64,000 bases of DNA from an uncultured Alphaproteobacteria bacterium (GTDB lineage: Bacteria; Pseudomonadota; Alphaproteobacteria; Rhizobiales; Kaistiaceae). Shown here one piece after another: positions 12,769-23,437 of the stretch. The stretch is from contig CAVXLJ010000025.1 in the NCBI GenBank assembly GCA_963762605.1, positions 7,187-71,186 of the forward strand, read 5' to 3'. Both the position numbers and the translations under genes were made by a program. Every line of letters begins with the position of its first letter. The first letter of the stretch is position 1. The notes under the pieces are model-generated. The model ran no database searches, had not been told where the DNA came from, and was given only the letters and a program-made list of their open reading frames with translations.

Positions 12769-12837
12769 CAGCCCTGACCTGATGCGCGGATCGTCCGCCG
12801 CCGGCGTGCCGGCGGTGGACGGTCAGGAGGCACCCCC

Positions 12838-13695
12838 GTGCTGCTCGCCCAGATCATCGTCAACGGCATCCTGCTCGGTGGCCTTTACGGCCTGATGGCG
12901 CTCGGCATGGCGCTGGTGTGGGGTGTTCTCAACATCGTCAATCTCGCCCACGGCGCCTTCATCATGCTCGGCGGCTACGCCACTTATTACCTGTTCACGC
13001 TGGCCGGCCTCGACCCGTTTGTCGCGTTGCCGTTCGCCATGCTGATCATGTTCGGCTTCGGCTACCTGATTCAGATCACCGTCCTCAACCAGATCATCCG
13101 CTCGGCGCAACTCAACACCCTGCTCATCACCTTCGGCCTCGATGTCGTGTTGACCTATCTCGCTCTGCTCGCCTTCAGCGCCGATTTCCGCACCATCAAT
13201 CCGAGCTGGGCCGGCGCCAACGTCACCGTTCTCGGCGTCACCATCCCGCTCGCCCGCCTGGCCGCCTTCGCCATCGCCTGGATCCTGGCGGCGGCCCTGT
13301 GGTTCGTGCTCGTCCGCCTGCCGCTCGGCCGCGCCATCCGCGCCACCGCGCAGAATCTGACGGCGGCACGGCTCTACGGCATCAATCCGCGCCAGGTCTA
13401 TGCTGTCACCTTCGGCATCGGTGCGGCGCTCGCCGGTGCCGCCGGCGGCCTCTACGGCCTGATCTCGCACCTGACCCCCTATGTCGGCGTCAGCCTGACC
13501 GCAAAGTCCTTCGTCATCGCCGTGATCGGTGGCCTCGACAATCCCTTTGCGGTCATCCTCGCGGGGCTCGCCATCGGCGTTGCCGAGTCGCTTGCCGCCC
13601 TCTACCTCGGCCCGACCTATTCCGATGTCATCAGCTTCGGCCTGCTCGTCGTCATCCTGGTCCTGCGCCCGAGCCGCGCCCTGAGGTCGGCCTGA
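12838..13695 (+). CDS. Branched-chain-amino-acid-type ABC permease (LivH-like)
   Basis: 285 aa, polytopic, typical LivH-like sequence (MLLAQIIVNGILLGGLYGLMALGMALVWG). Confidence 0.88.
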   Translation: MLLAQIIVNGILLGGLYGLMALGMALVWGVLNIVNLAHGAFIMLGGYATYYLFTLAGLDPFVALPFAMLIMFGFGYLIQITVLNQIIRSAQLNTLLITFGLDVVLTYLALLAFSADFRTINPSWAGANVTVLGVTIPLARLAAFAIAWILAAALWFVLVRLPLGRAIRATAQNLTAARLYGINPRQVYAVTFGIGAALAGAAGGLYGLISHLTPYVGVSLTAKSFVIAVIGGLDNPFAVILAGLAIGVAESLAALYLGPTYSDVISFGLLVVILVLRPSRALRSA

Positions 13696-14642
13696 TGCGC
13701 GCCTGGATCTGGATCGTGGCCATCGCCGGTGCGGCACTGCTTGCCGCCGCGCCGCTGCTCGGCGACCCGGTGCTCATCCAGTACGGCATCAACGCGCTGC
13801 TCTTTGCCACGCTGGCGCAATCGTGGAACATCATCGGCGGCTTCACCGGCTATCCCTCCTTCGGCAACTCCGTCTTCTATGGGCTCGGCACCTATGGCAC
13901 CGCCATTGCCATGGTTCAGTTCGGCCTGCCCTTCGGCGTCGGGCTCGCCTTCGGCGCGGCGCTGGCGATGCTGTGCGCGCTGCTCATCGGCCTGCCGGTG
14001 CTGCGGCTGCAGGGGCACTACTTTGCCATCGCCACCCTCGGCGTCTCGGCCGCCATGCAGGCGATCATCGCCAATCTCGATATCGCCGGCGCCAATACCG
14101 GCCTCGTTCTGCCGCTGACCCGTGCCGATACCATGTTCTACGAGCTGGCGCTGGGGCTGCTCGTCGCCTGCGTGCTGACGGTGGCGTGGATTGCCAAGAG
14201 CCGCTTCGGCGCCGGGCTGATCGCCATCCGCGAGGACGAGGACGCGGCCGCCGCGATGGGCGTCAACACCACGCTCTACAAGACCATGGCGCTGGTGCTT
14301 TCGGCCCTGTTCACCGCCATCGCCGGCGGCATCAACGCCTACTGGATCACCTTCATCGACCCGGCCAGCGCCTTCGACCTCACCCTCAACGTCCGTATGG
14401 TCATCATGGCGATGTTCGGCGGACCAGGCACCGTCTTCGGCCCCGTACTTGGTGCCTTCGCCCTGTCGGCGATCTACGAGATTCTCGCCAACTGGATTTC
14501 GACGGCCGCCGCACTGCTCTTCGGCCTGGTGATCGTCTTCTCGGTAATCTTCATGCCGCGCGGCCTGGCCGACCTCTTCACCGGCATCCGCCGCCAGGGA
14601 CCGGCCTATCTTCTCCACAACGTCCGGCTGCACCGGTTATGA
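13695..14642 (+). CDS. Branched-chain-amino-acid-type ABC permease (LivM-like)
   Basis: The ATG at 13695 overlaps the livH-like stop (ATGA). The MRAWIWIVAIAGAALL... part of track ORF 12918..14642 is the real gene. The upstream part of that ORF is off-frame read-through. Confidence 0.85.
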   Translation: MRAWIWIVAIAGAALLAAAPLLGDPVLIQYGINALLFATLAQSWNIIGGFTGYPSFGNSVFYGLGTYGTAIAMVQFGLPFGVGLAFGAALAMLCALLIGLPVLRLQGHYFAIATLGVSAAMQAIIANLDIAGANTGLVLPLTRADTMFYELALGLLVACVLTVAWIAKSRFGAGLIAIREDEDAAAAMGVNTTLYKTMALVLSALFTAIAGGINAYWITFIDPASAFDLTLNVRMVIMAMFGGPGTVFGPVLGAFALSAIYEILANWISTAAALLFGLVIVFSVIFMPRGLADLFTGIRRQGPAYLLHNVRLHRL

Positions 14643-15384
14643 GCGCCGCGCCCACGTCCCCGCTGTTCGAGGCGCGCGGTCTCACCAAGCGCTTTCAGGG
14701 CCTCGTCTCGGTGGATGCGGTCAGTTTCACGCTGACCCCTGGCGAGATCCTGGCGGTGATCGGCCCCAACGGCGCCGGCAAGACGACGCTGGTCAACATG
14801 ATCAGCGGCACGTTTGCCGCCGATGAGGGCGAACTGGTTTTCGAAGGCAGGCCGATCGGCAAGCTCCTTCCCTACCGGCGGGCCCATCTCGGCATCGGGC
14901 GAACCTTCCAGGTGATGAAGCCGTTCCTTGGCCTGACGACGCTCGACAACGTCGCCGTCGGCGCGCTGTTCGGCTTCGGTGGTGGCGAGAAGTCGATGCA
15001 CGCGGCCCGCGAGCAGGCCCGCGAATGGCTCGCCTTTGTCGGGCTCAGCGCCCGCGTCGACCAGAAAGCCGGGGCGCTCAGCGGTCCGGATCGCAAGCGG
15101 CTGGAGCTGGCCAAGGCGCTGGCGCTCAGGCCAAAGCTTCTGCTGCTCGACGAGGTGATGGCGGGCCTGAACGCTGTCGAGGTCGAGGAGGTCGTCCGTG
15201 TCGTCGAGCAGATCCGCCAACGCGGCGTCACCATCCTGATCATCGAGCACATCATGAAGGCGGTGCGCAGTCTGGCTGACCGGGTGCTGGTGCTCCACCA
15301 CGGCAAGCCGATCGCCGAGGGCGACACCGCCACCGTGTTCGACGACCCCAAGGTGATCGAAGCCTATCTCGGGACGCGGCGGCA

Positions 15385-15388
<4 letters not shown>
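14639..15388 (+). CDS. ABC transporter ATP-binding protein (LivG-like)
   Basis: The ATG at 14639 overlaps the preceding stop. Walker A GPNGAGKTTL, signature LSGPDRKRLELAKAL, Walker B LLLLDEVMAG. Confidence 0.9.
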
Positions 15389-16116
<728 letters not shown>

Positions 16117-16160
16117 AGCCGCCGAATTCCGAACCGCACGGACATCCAGGAACTGGCGTC

Positions 16161-16859
16161 TCAGGCGTCTTCCTTGGCGAAGTAGTCGTGGCTTTCCTCG
16201 CGGATGGTGGCGATGATCGCGCTGATCCGCGACAGGTGCTCGCGCATGACTTCGGCCGCCTTTTGCGGATCGTGCGCTTTCAGCGCGGCGAGGATCTCGA
16301 CGTGGTCGTCGTAGGCGCTGCGTGCGCCGAAGAACAGGCTGAGATAGCGCACGCGGTCCATGTGCGCCTTGTTCTCCTTGATCACCGTCCAGGCGAATGA
16401 CAGGCCGGCGAACTCGCAGATCAGGCGGTGGAACTCGTCGTCAAGGGCGTGGAAGAAGATCCTCTCGCCGGCTTCCATCGCCGCCTCCTGGCGCTGGACG
16501 AGCGCTTCCAGGCGCTGAAGCTGGTGGTCATCGAGCATGCGCGCCGCCGCCTGCACCGTCTCCAGCTCGATGGCGGTGCGGATGAAGCGGGCCTGCAGCA
16601 CGGCACTCTCCGAGATCGGTGCCACGATCGTCGCCCGCTGCGGCCAGATCGTCAGGAAGCCCAGGCGCGACAGCCGGTAGAAGGCGTCGCGCACCGGCTG
16701 GCGCGACACGCCCATGCTGCGCGCCACCTCCACTTCCGACAGCTTGGCGCCCGGCAGCAGCTCCAGGGTGATCACCCTCTCATAGAGCTCGTCGAAGACC
16801 AGATCGGCCACCGAAGGGGCGCGCTTGGTCTCGATCGCTCTGAGCTGGAGCTTCGCCAT
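16161..16859 (-). CDS. GntR family transcriptional regulator (FadR/FCD subfamily)
   Basis: The HTH reads LPGAKLSEVEVARSMGVSRQPVRDAFYRLSRLGFL, followed by an FCD-like helical domain. It is divergent from uxaC. ATG 16859 (MAKLQL) is preferred over 16892. Confidence 0.85.
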   Translation of the reverse strand: MAKLQLRAIETKRAPSVADLVFDELYERVITLELLPGAKLSEVEVARSMGVSRQPVRDAFYRLSRLGFLTIWPQRATIVAPISESAVLQARFIRTAIELETVQAAARMLDDHQLQRLEALVQRQEAAMEAGERIFFHALDDEFHRLICEFAGLSFAWTVIKENKAHMDRVRYLSLFFGARSAYDDHVEILAALKAHDPQKAAEVMREHLSRISAIIATIREESHDYFAKEDA

Positions 16860-16966
16860 GCCGTTTCCTTGACTCACGTTGTCGACTAGCATATTAGTTT
16901 TTCATAAGATGATAAAGCCCCTTGGTCGCGGGGACACTTCCTGGGGGCAGGAAGGGGAGCTTAGCC

Positions 16967-18374
16967 GTGGGATTGCTGGATCCGGATAGGCTATTTCCGC
17001 TGGATCCGACCGCGCGCGCTCTGGCACGGGCCCTTCATCGCGCGGTCGCACCGCTGCCGATCGTCAGCCCGCACGGCCACACCGATCCGCGCTGGTTCGC
17101 CGAGGACGAGCCCTTCCCCGATCCCGCCCAGCTCTTCGTCGTCCCCGACCACTACGTCTTCCGGATGCTCCATTCCCAGGGCATCCCGCTGGAGGCGCTC
17201 GGCGTCCCGCGCGTCGACGGCGGGCCGGTGGAGAGCGATCCGCGCAAGATCTGGCGCCGTTTCGCCGAGAACTACCATCTCTTCCGCGCCACCCCGAGCC
17301 GCATATGGCTCGACCACTCCTTCTCGGAAGTGTTCGGCATCGATAAGCGCCTGTCCGCCGAGACCGCCGATGAGATTTACGACGCCATCGCCGCGCGACT
17401 GGCCGAACCGGCCTTCCGCCCGCGCGCTTTGTTCGAGCGCTTCGGCATCGAGGTTATCGCCACCACCGACAGTCCCCTCGACGATCTGCGCTGGCATGAA
17501 ATGATCCGCCGCTCCCGCTGGACCGGCCGGGTGATCACCGCCTACCGCCCCGATGCGGTTGTCGACCCCGAATTCGCCGGCTTCGCCGACAATGTCGAGC
17601 GGCTCGGCGCCATCGCCGGGACCAACGCCACCACCTGGAACGGCTATCTCGAGGCGCACCGCATCCGGCGCGCCTTTTTCAAGTCCTATGGCTGCACCTC
17701 GACCGACCACGGCCATCCCACCGCCCGCACCGAGAACCTCCCGCAGTCGGAGGCAGCCGCCCTGTTCGACAAGGCGCTGACCGGCCGCATCAGCGCGGAA
17801 GAAGCCGACGCCTTCCGCGGCCAGATGATCACCGAGATGGCCCGGATGAGCCTCGACGATCATCTGGTGATCCAGATCCATGCCGGCTCGCTTCCGCAAC
17901 CATTCCGGCCAGATCCTGGCGCGCTTCGGCCGCGACAAGGGCTACGACATTCCGCAGCGCACCGACTATGTGCGCGCTCTGCGCCCACTGCTCGAGGCGC
18001 TCGGCGAGGAGCCCGACCTCCGCGTCATTCTGTTCACGCTCGACGAGACGGTTTATGGCCGCGAGCTGGCGCCCTTGGCCGGCGTCTATCCCATCCTGCG
18101 CCTGGGGCCTGCCTGGTGGTTCTACGACAGCGCCGAGGGCATGCGCCGCTATCGCGAGCTGACCACCGAGACCGCCGGCTTCTACAACACCGTCGGCTTC
18201 AACGACGACACCCGCGCATTCACATCGATCCCGGCCCGTCACGACGTGTCACGCCGGGTCGATGCTGCCTTCCTCGCCGAACTGGTCGTTACGGGGCGGC
18301 TTGCTGAGGACGAGGCTTTTGAGGTCGCGCACGACCTCGCATACCGGCTTGTGAAGCAAGCCTACCGGCTCTGA
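16967..18374 (+). pseudogene. uxaC: Uronate isomerase with a +1 frameshift near 17891..17895
   Basis: The frame of ORF 16922..18307 is UxaC-like up to ...VIQIHAGS and then degenerates. The frame of ORF 17880..18374 continues with FRNHSGQILARFGRDKGYDIP...GPAWWFYD...NDDTRAFTSIPARHD. One extra C in tcgcttccgc explains the shift. Probable start is GTG 16967 after GGAAGGGGA. Confidence 0.85.
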
Positions 18375-18400
18375 GCGAGCCACATACGGAGGAAACAGAT

Positions 18401-19381
18401 ATGAGTCTGATCAAAACTGCTCTCAGCGCCCTGGTCTTGAGCGTTGCTCTGACCGGCGCCAGCATGGCGTGCGAGGTGACCCTGCGGTCGTCCGACACGC
18501 ATCCGGACGGCTATCCGACGGTCGAGGCCGTCAAGTACATCGGCAAGGTCATCCAGGAGAAGACCGGTGGCCGCCTGTGCCTCGACGTCTATTTCGGCTC
18601 GCAGCTTGGCGAGGAGAAGGACACCATCGAGCAGACGCAGTTCGGCGTCATCGACATGAACCGCGTCAGCCTCGGGCCGTTCAACGATATCATCCCCGAG
18701 ACCCAGGTCCCCTCGCTGCCCTATATCTTCCGCTCGGTCGAGCACATGCATCACGTCATGGATGGCGCGATCGGTCAGCAGATCCTCGACGCCTTCACGT
18801 CGCATGACCTCGTCGGCTTGGCCTTCTATGACGGCGGCGCGCGCTCCTTCTACAATTCCAAGCGCCCGATCAACACCATGGCCGATCTTGCCGGCCTGAA
18901 GTTCCGCGTCATGCAGTCCGACATCTTCGTGTCGATGGTCCAGGCGCTCGGCGCCAATGCCGTGCCGATGCCCTATGGCGAGGTCTATTCGGCCATCCAG
19001 ACCGGCGTCATCGACGGCGCCGAGAACAATTGGCCGTCCTACGACACCTCGGGCCACTACGAAGTCGCCAAGTACTACACCCTCGACGAGCACCTGATCG
19101 TCCCGGAAGTGCTGGTGATGTCGAAGAAGAGCTGGGAAAAGCTGTCGGCTGACGACCAGGCGCTCATCCGCCAGGCCGCCAAGGACAGCGTGCCGGTCAT
19201 GCGCAAGCTGTGGTTCGCCCAGGAGAAGGTCTCCGAGGACAAGATCCGCGCCGCTGGCAACGAGATCGTCACCAACATCGACAAGGCCCCGTTCATCGCG
19301 GCCATGAAGCCGGTCTACGACAAGTACGTGACCAGCGACGTGCTCAAGGACCTGGTTGCCCGCATCCAGGCCACCGAGTAG
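18401..19381 (+). CDS. TRAP transporter substrate-binding protein (DctP family)
   Basis: 326 aa with a signal peptide. DctP-family features include FRVMQS...[27 protein letters not shown]. The small and large TRAP permease genes follow. Confidence 0.88.
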   Translation: MSLIKTALSALVLSVALTGASMACEVTLRSSDTHPDGYPTVEAVKYIGKVIQEKTGGRLCLDVYFGSQLGEEKDTIEQTQFGVIDMNRVSLGPFNDIIPETQVPSLPYIFRSVEHMHHVMDGAIGQQILDAFTSHDLVGLAFYDGGARSFYNSKRPINTMADLAGLKFRVMQSDIFVSMVQALGANAVPMPYGEVYSAIQTGVIDGAENNWPSYDTSGHYEVAKYYTLDEHLIVPEVLVMSKKSWEKLSADDQALIRQAAKDSVPVMRKLWFAQEKVSEDKIRAAGNEIVTNIDKAPFIAAMKPVYDKYVTSDVLKDLVARIQATE

Positions 19382-19452
19382 TCCTGCACTATCGGCACGC
19401 GGGGGAAGGTCCCTTCCCCCGCGCGCCACCTAAGTTGGACGGGGAGGACGAC

Positions 19453-19980
19453 TTGCGGAAATTGATGAAGAGGGCGGCCGACTTTACCGGCCTTCTGGCG
19501 GATGCCCTGCTCTGGATATCAGGCATCTGCCTCGTCGCCATGACCACAACGATCGCCGTCCAGGTCTTCTTGCGTTATGTGTTCAATTCCGGCTTCGTCG
19601 GTTCCGAGCCGATTTCGATCATGATCATGGGCTGGTTCATCTTCCTCGGCGCCGCTGTCGGCATCCGCGAAGGCAACCACCTGTCTTTCGATATCGTTCT
19701 TTTGATCATTCCTGATCGGGTGAAGCCTTATCTGCACACCGTGTCCGACATTGCCGTCACCGCATTCGGCTTCGGCATGATCTGGTTCGGCGGGCAACTG
19801 GCGGAGAAAACGGCGCAGAATACGATGCCGTCGCTGGGCATCTCCGGCGCCTTCGAATACGCGCCGATCGTCGCCGGCGGTCTGTTCGCCATGCTGTTTT
19901 CGATCGAGCGCATCCTGCGGCGCTTCGCTGGCCTCCACACGGCGCGTTTCGCCGAAGTCGCGCCACCCCCGGAGCACTGA
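19453..19980 (+). CDS. TRAP transporter small permease (DctQ family)
   Basis: This is the hydrophobic part of ORF 19210..19980 (LADALLWISGICLVAMTTTIAVQVFLRYVFN). Start is TTG 19453 after GGGGAGGA, or ATG 19465. Confidence 0.8.
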   Translation: MRKLMKRAADFTGLLADALLWISGICLVAMTTTIAVQVFLRYVFNSGFVGSEPISIMIMGWFIFLGAAVGIREGNHLSFDIVLLIIPDRVKPYLHTVSDIAVTAFGFGMIWFGGQLAEKTAQNTMPSLGISGAFEYAPIVAGGLFAMLFSIERILRRFAGLHTARFAEVAPPPEH

Positions 19981-19983
19981 GCC

Positions 19984-21267
19984 ATGGTACTCTGGGTCCT
20001 GTTCGGAACTTTCGCCTTCCTGCTCATCATCGGCACGCCGGTTGCGTTCTGCCTCGGCATCGCCAGCTTCGCCACCGTGCTCTATCTCGGCCTGCCGCCG
20101 GTCATCGTCTTCCAGCGCATGAATTCCGGCGTCGAGATCTTCTCGCTGATGGCCATCCCGTTCTTCATCTATTCGGGCGACCTCATGGTGCGCGGCGACA
20201 TCGCCCGCCGCCTGGTTGACCTGGCCGGAGCTCTGGTCGGTCACTTCAAGGGTGGTCTCGGCCAGGTGAACATCCTGACCAGCGTGATGTTCGGCGGCGT
20301 CTCCGGATCGGCGGCGGCCGATGCCTCGGCCGTTGGCACCATCATGATTCCGCAGATGCGCGCCCGCGGCTATGGCGCCGACTATTCGGTCAACATCACG
20401 GTGACGGCCGCCCTCATCGCGCTGATGATCCCGCCGTCGCAGAACCTGATCATCTATTCGATCGCGGGCGGCGGCAAGATCTCCATCGCCGACCTGTTCA
20501 CCGCCGGCATCATTCCCGGCCTGATCCTTGCGTTTTCGCTGATGGTCGCCGCCTATTTCGTGGCTTCGCGCCGCGGCTATCCCACTGAGGAATTTCCCGG
20601 TTTGCGCGCGCTTGGCCGCATCTTCGTCAACGCCGTGCCCGGCCTCCTGCTGGTGGCCATCATCTTCGGCGGCGTCCGCTCCGGCATCTTCACCGCGACC
20701 GAGAGTTCCAACATCGCCGTCGTTTACGCCATCCTGGTGACGACGCTCGTCTACCGCACGCTGACCTTCAAGGCCTTTGTCGAGGCGACGCTTGGCGCGG
20801 TGCGCACCACCGCCATGGTGCTTCTGGTCATCGGCAGCGCCAATGCCTTCGGCTGGCTACTGGCTTACCTTCACGTGCCGGCCGAGTTGATCCAGATGCT
20901 GCAGACGCTCTCGAACAATCCGATCGTCATCCTGATGCTGATCAACCTGGTGCTGCTCGTCCTCGGCACGTTCATGGACATGGCGCCGCTGATCGTCATC
21001 ACCACGCCGATCTTCCTGCCGGTGGCGCAGGCCTTCCACGTCGATCCCGTGCACTTCGGCATCATCCTGATCCTCAACCTTGGCATCGGTCTGTGCACGC
21101 CGCCGGTCGGCACGGTTCTGTTCGTCGGCTGCGCCGTCGGCAAGATTCCCATCCAGGACGCGGTGCGCTCCATCTGGCCGTTCTATCTGGCCGCCTTCGT
21201 CGCCCTGATGATCGTCACCTACATCCCGGCCGCCTCGCTCTGGCTGCCCTCCCTGTTCCACCATTAG
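19984..21267 (+). CDS. TRAP transporter large permease (DctM family)
   Basis: 427 aa polytopic protein with a typical DctM sequence. Confidence 0.9.
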   Translation: MVLWVLFGTFAFLLIIGTPVAFCLGIASFATVLYLGLPPVIVFQRMNSGVEIFSLMAIPFFIYSGDLMVRGDIARRLVDLAGALVGHFKGGLGQVNILTSVMFGGVSGSAAADASAVGTIMIPQMRARGYGADYSVNITVTAALIALMIPPSQNLIIYSIAGGGKISIADLFTAGIIPGLILAFSLMVAAYFVASRRGYPTEEFPGLRALGRIFVNAVPGLLLVAIIFGGVRSGIFTATESSNIAVVYAILVTTLVYRTLTFKAFVEATLGAVRTTAMVLLVIGSANAFGWLLAYLHVPAELIQMLQTLSNNPIVILMLINLVLLVLGTFMDMAPLIVITTPIFLPVAQAFHVDPVHFGIILILNLGIGLCTPPVGTVLFVGCAVGKIPIQDAVRSIWPFYLAAFVALMIVTYIPAASLWLPSLFHH

Positions 21268-21279
21268 AGCGGTGCGATC

Positions 21280-21603
21280 ATGACCCTGCCTGCCCGACCC
21301 TTTCCTCCCGTCGCCGCGGACGCCGGCATCACCCGCCAGGTTCTGGCCGACAGTCCCGATCTGATGATCGTGGCGAACGACTTCGCCGTCGGCGCCCGCG
21401 GCGTCCAACACCATCATCCGCATACCCAGGCGACCCTGGTCCAGTCGGGCCGCTTTTCCTTCACCGTCGCCGGCGAGACCTTCGAGGTCGGCCCCGGCGA
21501 CTGCTTCGTCGTTCCGTCCAATGCCGAACATGGCTGCCTGTGCCTCGAGCCCGGCCGTCTGATCGACAGCTTCACGCCGCGGCGCGACGATTTCCTCGTT
21601 TGA
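21280..21603 (+). CDS. Cupin domain protein
   Basis: 107 aa with a cupin metal-binding pattern (HHHPHTQ...G...VPSNAEHG). Confidence 0.7.
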   Translation: MTLPARPFPPVAADAGITRQVLADSPDLMIVANDFAVGARGVQHHHPHTQATLVQSGRFSFTVAGETFEVGPGDCFVVPSNAEHGCLCLEPGRLIDSFTPRRDDFLV

Positions 21604-21621
21604 CCGGCCAAGAGCACAACA

Positions 21622-22446
21622 ATGACCCCCGTCGAAATCCGCCACGCCGTGGATCCACGAAGCACGCGCGCCCTCGATACCGAGGGCCTGCGCGCCAATT
21701 TTCATATGTCCGGCCTGTTTCAGCCGGGTGCCATCAAGCTCGTCTATACCCACTACGACCGCATGATCGTGGGGGGCGCCGTGCCCAACGGCGGCGAACT
21801 GGTGCTGGACGAGGTTGAGAACACCGGCACATCGACCCTGCTGGAGCGCCGCGAGATGGTCGTCGCCAATATCGGCGAGGCCGGAAAAGTGTCCGCCGCC
21901 GGCGTCGAATACACCCTCGACAACGCCGACATGCTCTATCTGTCGATGGGCTCGGGCCCGGTCACGCTGTCGGGCAAGGGCCGCTTCTATCTGATCTCGG
22001 CGCCCGCCCACCAGGCCTATCCCAGTCGCATCGTCCGGCCCGACGAGGCGACCCGGATCGATCTCGGCAGTGCCGAGGACGCCAACAAGCGCATCCTGCG
22101 CCAGTATGTGCATCCGGGCGTTCTGCCGACCTGCCAGATCGTCATGGGGATGACGACGCTGGCGCCCGGCTCGACCTGGAACACCATGCCCGCCCATACC
22201 CACGACCGTCGCTCCGAGGTCTATCTCTATTTCGGCATGAGCGAGAGCCAGCGCGTCTTCCACATGATGGGCGAGCCCGGCGAGACCCGCCATCTGGTGA
22301 TGGCCAACGAGGAGGCCGTCGCCTCTCCGTCCTGGTCGATCCATTGCGGCGCCGGCACCGCCGCCTACAGCTTCATCTGGGCGATGGCCGGCGACAATGT
22401 CGGCTTCACCGACATGGATCCCGTCAAGATGGAGGATCTCAGATGA
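21622..22446 (+). CDS. kduI: 5-dehydro-4-deoxy-D-glucuronate isomerase
   Basis: 274 aa. KduI-like throughout (IRHAVDPRSTRALDTEGLRANF...YTHYDRMIVGG...HTHDRRSEVYLYF). kduD follows. Confidence 0.88.
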   Translation: MTPVEIRHAVDPRSTRALDTEGLRANFHMSGLFQPGAIKLVYTHYDRMIVGGAVPNGGELVLDEVENTGTSTLLERREMVVANIGEAGKVSAAGVEYTLDNADMLYLSMGSGPVTLSGKGRFYLISAPAHQAYPSRIVRPDEATRIDLGSAEDANKRILRQYVHPGVLPTCQIVMGMTTLAPGSTWNTMPAHTHDRRSEVYLYFGMSESQRVFHMMGEPGETRHLVMANEEAVASPSWSIHCGAGTAAYSFIWAMAGDNVGFTDMDPVKMEDLR

Positions 22447-23189
22447 GCCTCAGTTTCTCTCTCGCCGGGCGCCACGCTTTGGTCACCGGCGCCTCGACCG
22501 GCATCGGCCAGGCGATTGCCGTCGGCATGGCCGGAGCCGGCGCCGAGGTCGTCTGTGCCGACATCGTCCCCTCCGACGACACGGTCAAGCGCATCATCGC
22601 GAATAGCGGACGCGCGGCCCAGGTTCAGGTCGACCTGACCGGGCGCGGCGCCATCGACAGGCTGATGAGCCAAGCCGGCGACGTCGACATCCTGGTCAAC
22701 TGCGCCGGCATCATCCGGCGCACCGACGCCATCGATTTCACCGAGGCGGACTGGGACGCCGTCATGGACATCAACCTGAAGGCCGTCTTTTTCCTGTCCC
22801 AGGCCTTCGGCCGCGCCCTGCTTAAGCGCGGTGGCACGGGTGCCATCATCAACATTGCCTCCCTGCTCTCCTTCCAGGGTGGCATCCGCGTCCCCTCCTA
22901 CACCGCCTCGAAGAGCGGCGTGGCCGGTCTGACCAAGCTCTTGGCCAATGAATGGGCGGCGAAGGGAATCAACGTCAACGCCATCGCGCCGGGCTATATC
23001 GCCACCAACAACACGGCGCCGCTGAGGGCCGACGCAGAGCGCAGCAAGGCGATCCTCGACCGCATCCCGGCCGGGCGCTGGGGCGAGCCTGAGGATATCG
23101 CCGGCGCTGCCGTCTTCCTGGCCTCGCCGGCCGCCGGCTATGTTCACGGCGCCATTTTCAACGTCGACGGCGGCTGGCTGGCTCGTTGA
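22443..23189 (+). CDS. kduD: 2-dehydro-3-deoxy-D-gluconate 5-dehydrogenase (SDR)
   Basis: The ATG at 22443 overlaps the kduI stop. TGASTGIG cofactor motif, YTASKSGVAGLTK catalytic motif, KduD-like C-terminus. Confidence 0.85.
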   Translation: MSLSFSLAGRHALVTGASTGIGQAIAVGMAGAGAEVVCADIVPSDDTVKRIIANSGRAAQVQVDLTGRGAIDRLMSQAGDVDILVNCAGIIRRTDAIDFTEADWDAVMDINLKAVFFLSQAFGRALLKRGGTGAIINIASLLSFQGGIRVPSYTASKSGVAGLTKLLANEWAAKGINVNAIAPGYIATNNTAPLRADAERSKAILDRIPAGRWGEPEDIAGAAVFLASPAAGYVHGAIFNVDGGWLAR

Positions 23190-23437
23190 TTCCTCCCGCC
23201 TGACGGGCGGCGTCGGCGTGCGCGCCGGCGCCGCCCACTTGGCGGAATATCCCCCGCGACATCCCGATTAGACCTGCGCGCAAGCGTTCCGATAACCGTT
23301 GCCGCGCCCCGCGCCGGCGCCGGGCATGGACGCTTAAATGCCGGACGAATCCCCCTAAATCGAGCGATCGCGATGCGTCCGCAGAGCTCTACGCCTGTCG
23401 CGCGTCGCTGAAGAAATCCGGCCCGCGCGGCAGCGTT

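Noticed and set aside
12918-14642. 574-aa ORF spanning the livH-like and livM-like genes
   Set aside because: Its first ~259 codons are an off-frame Arg/Pro-rich reading of the livH-like gene. The real gene starts at 13695.
20857-22344. 495-aa minus-strand ORF
   Set aside because: It is antisense to dctM, the cupin gene and kduI. It has low-complexity G/R/D/H composition and no motifs.
23190-23437. Possible terminator hairpin CCCGCC-TGAC-GGGCGG after kduD
   Set aside because: The stem is short and has no U-tract. It is too weak to call in a GC-rich convergent intergenic region.
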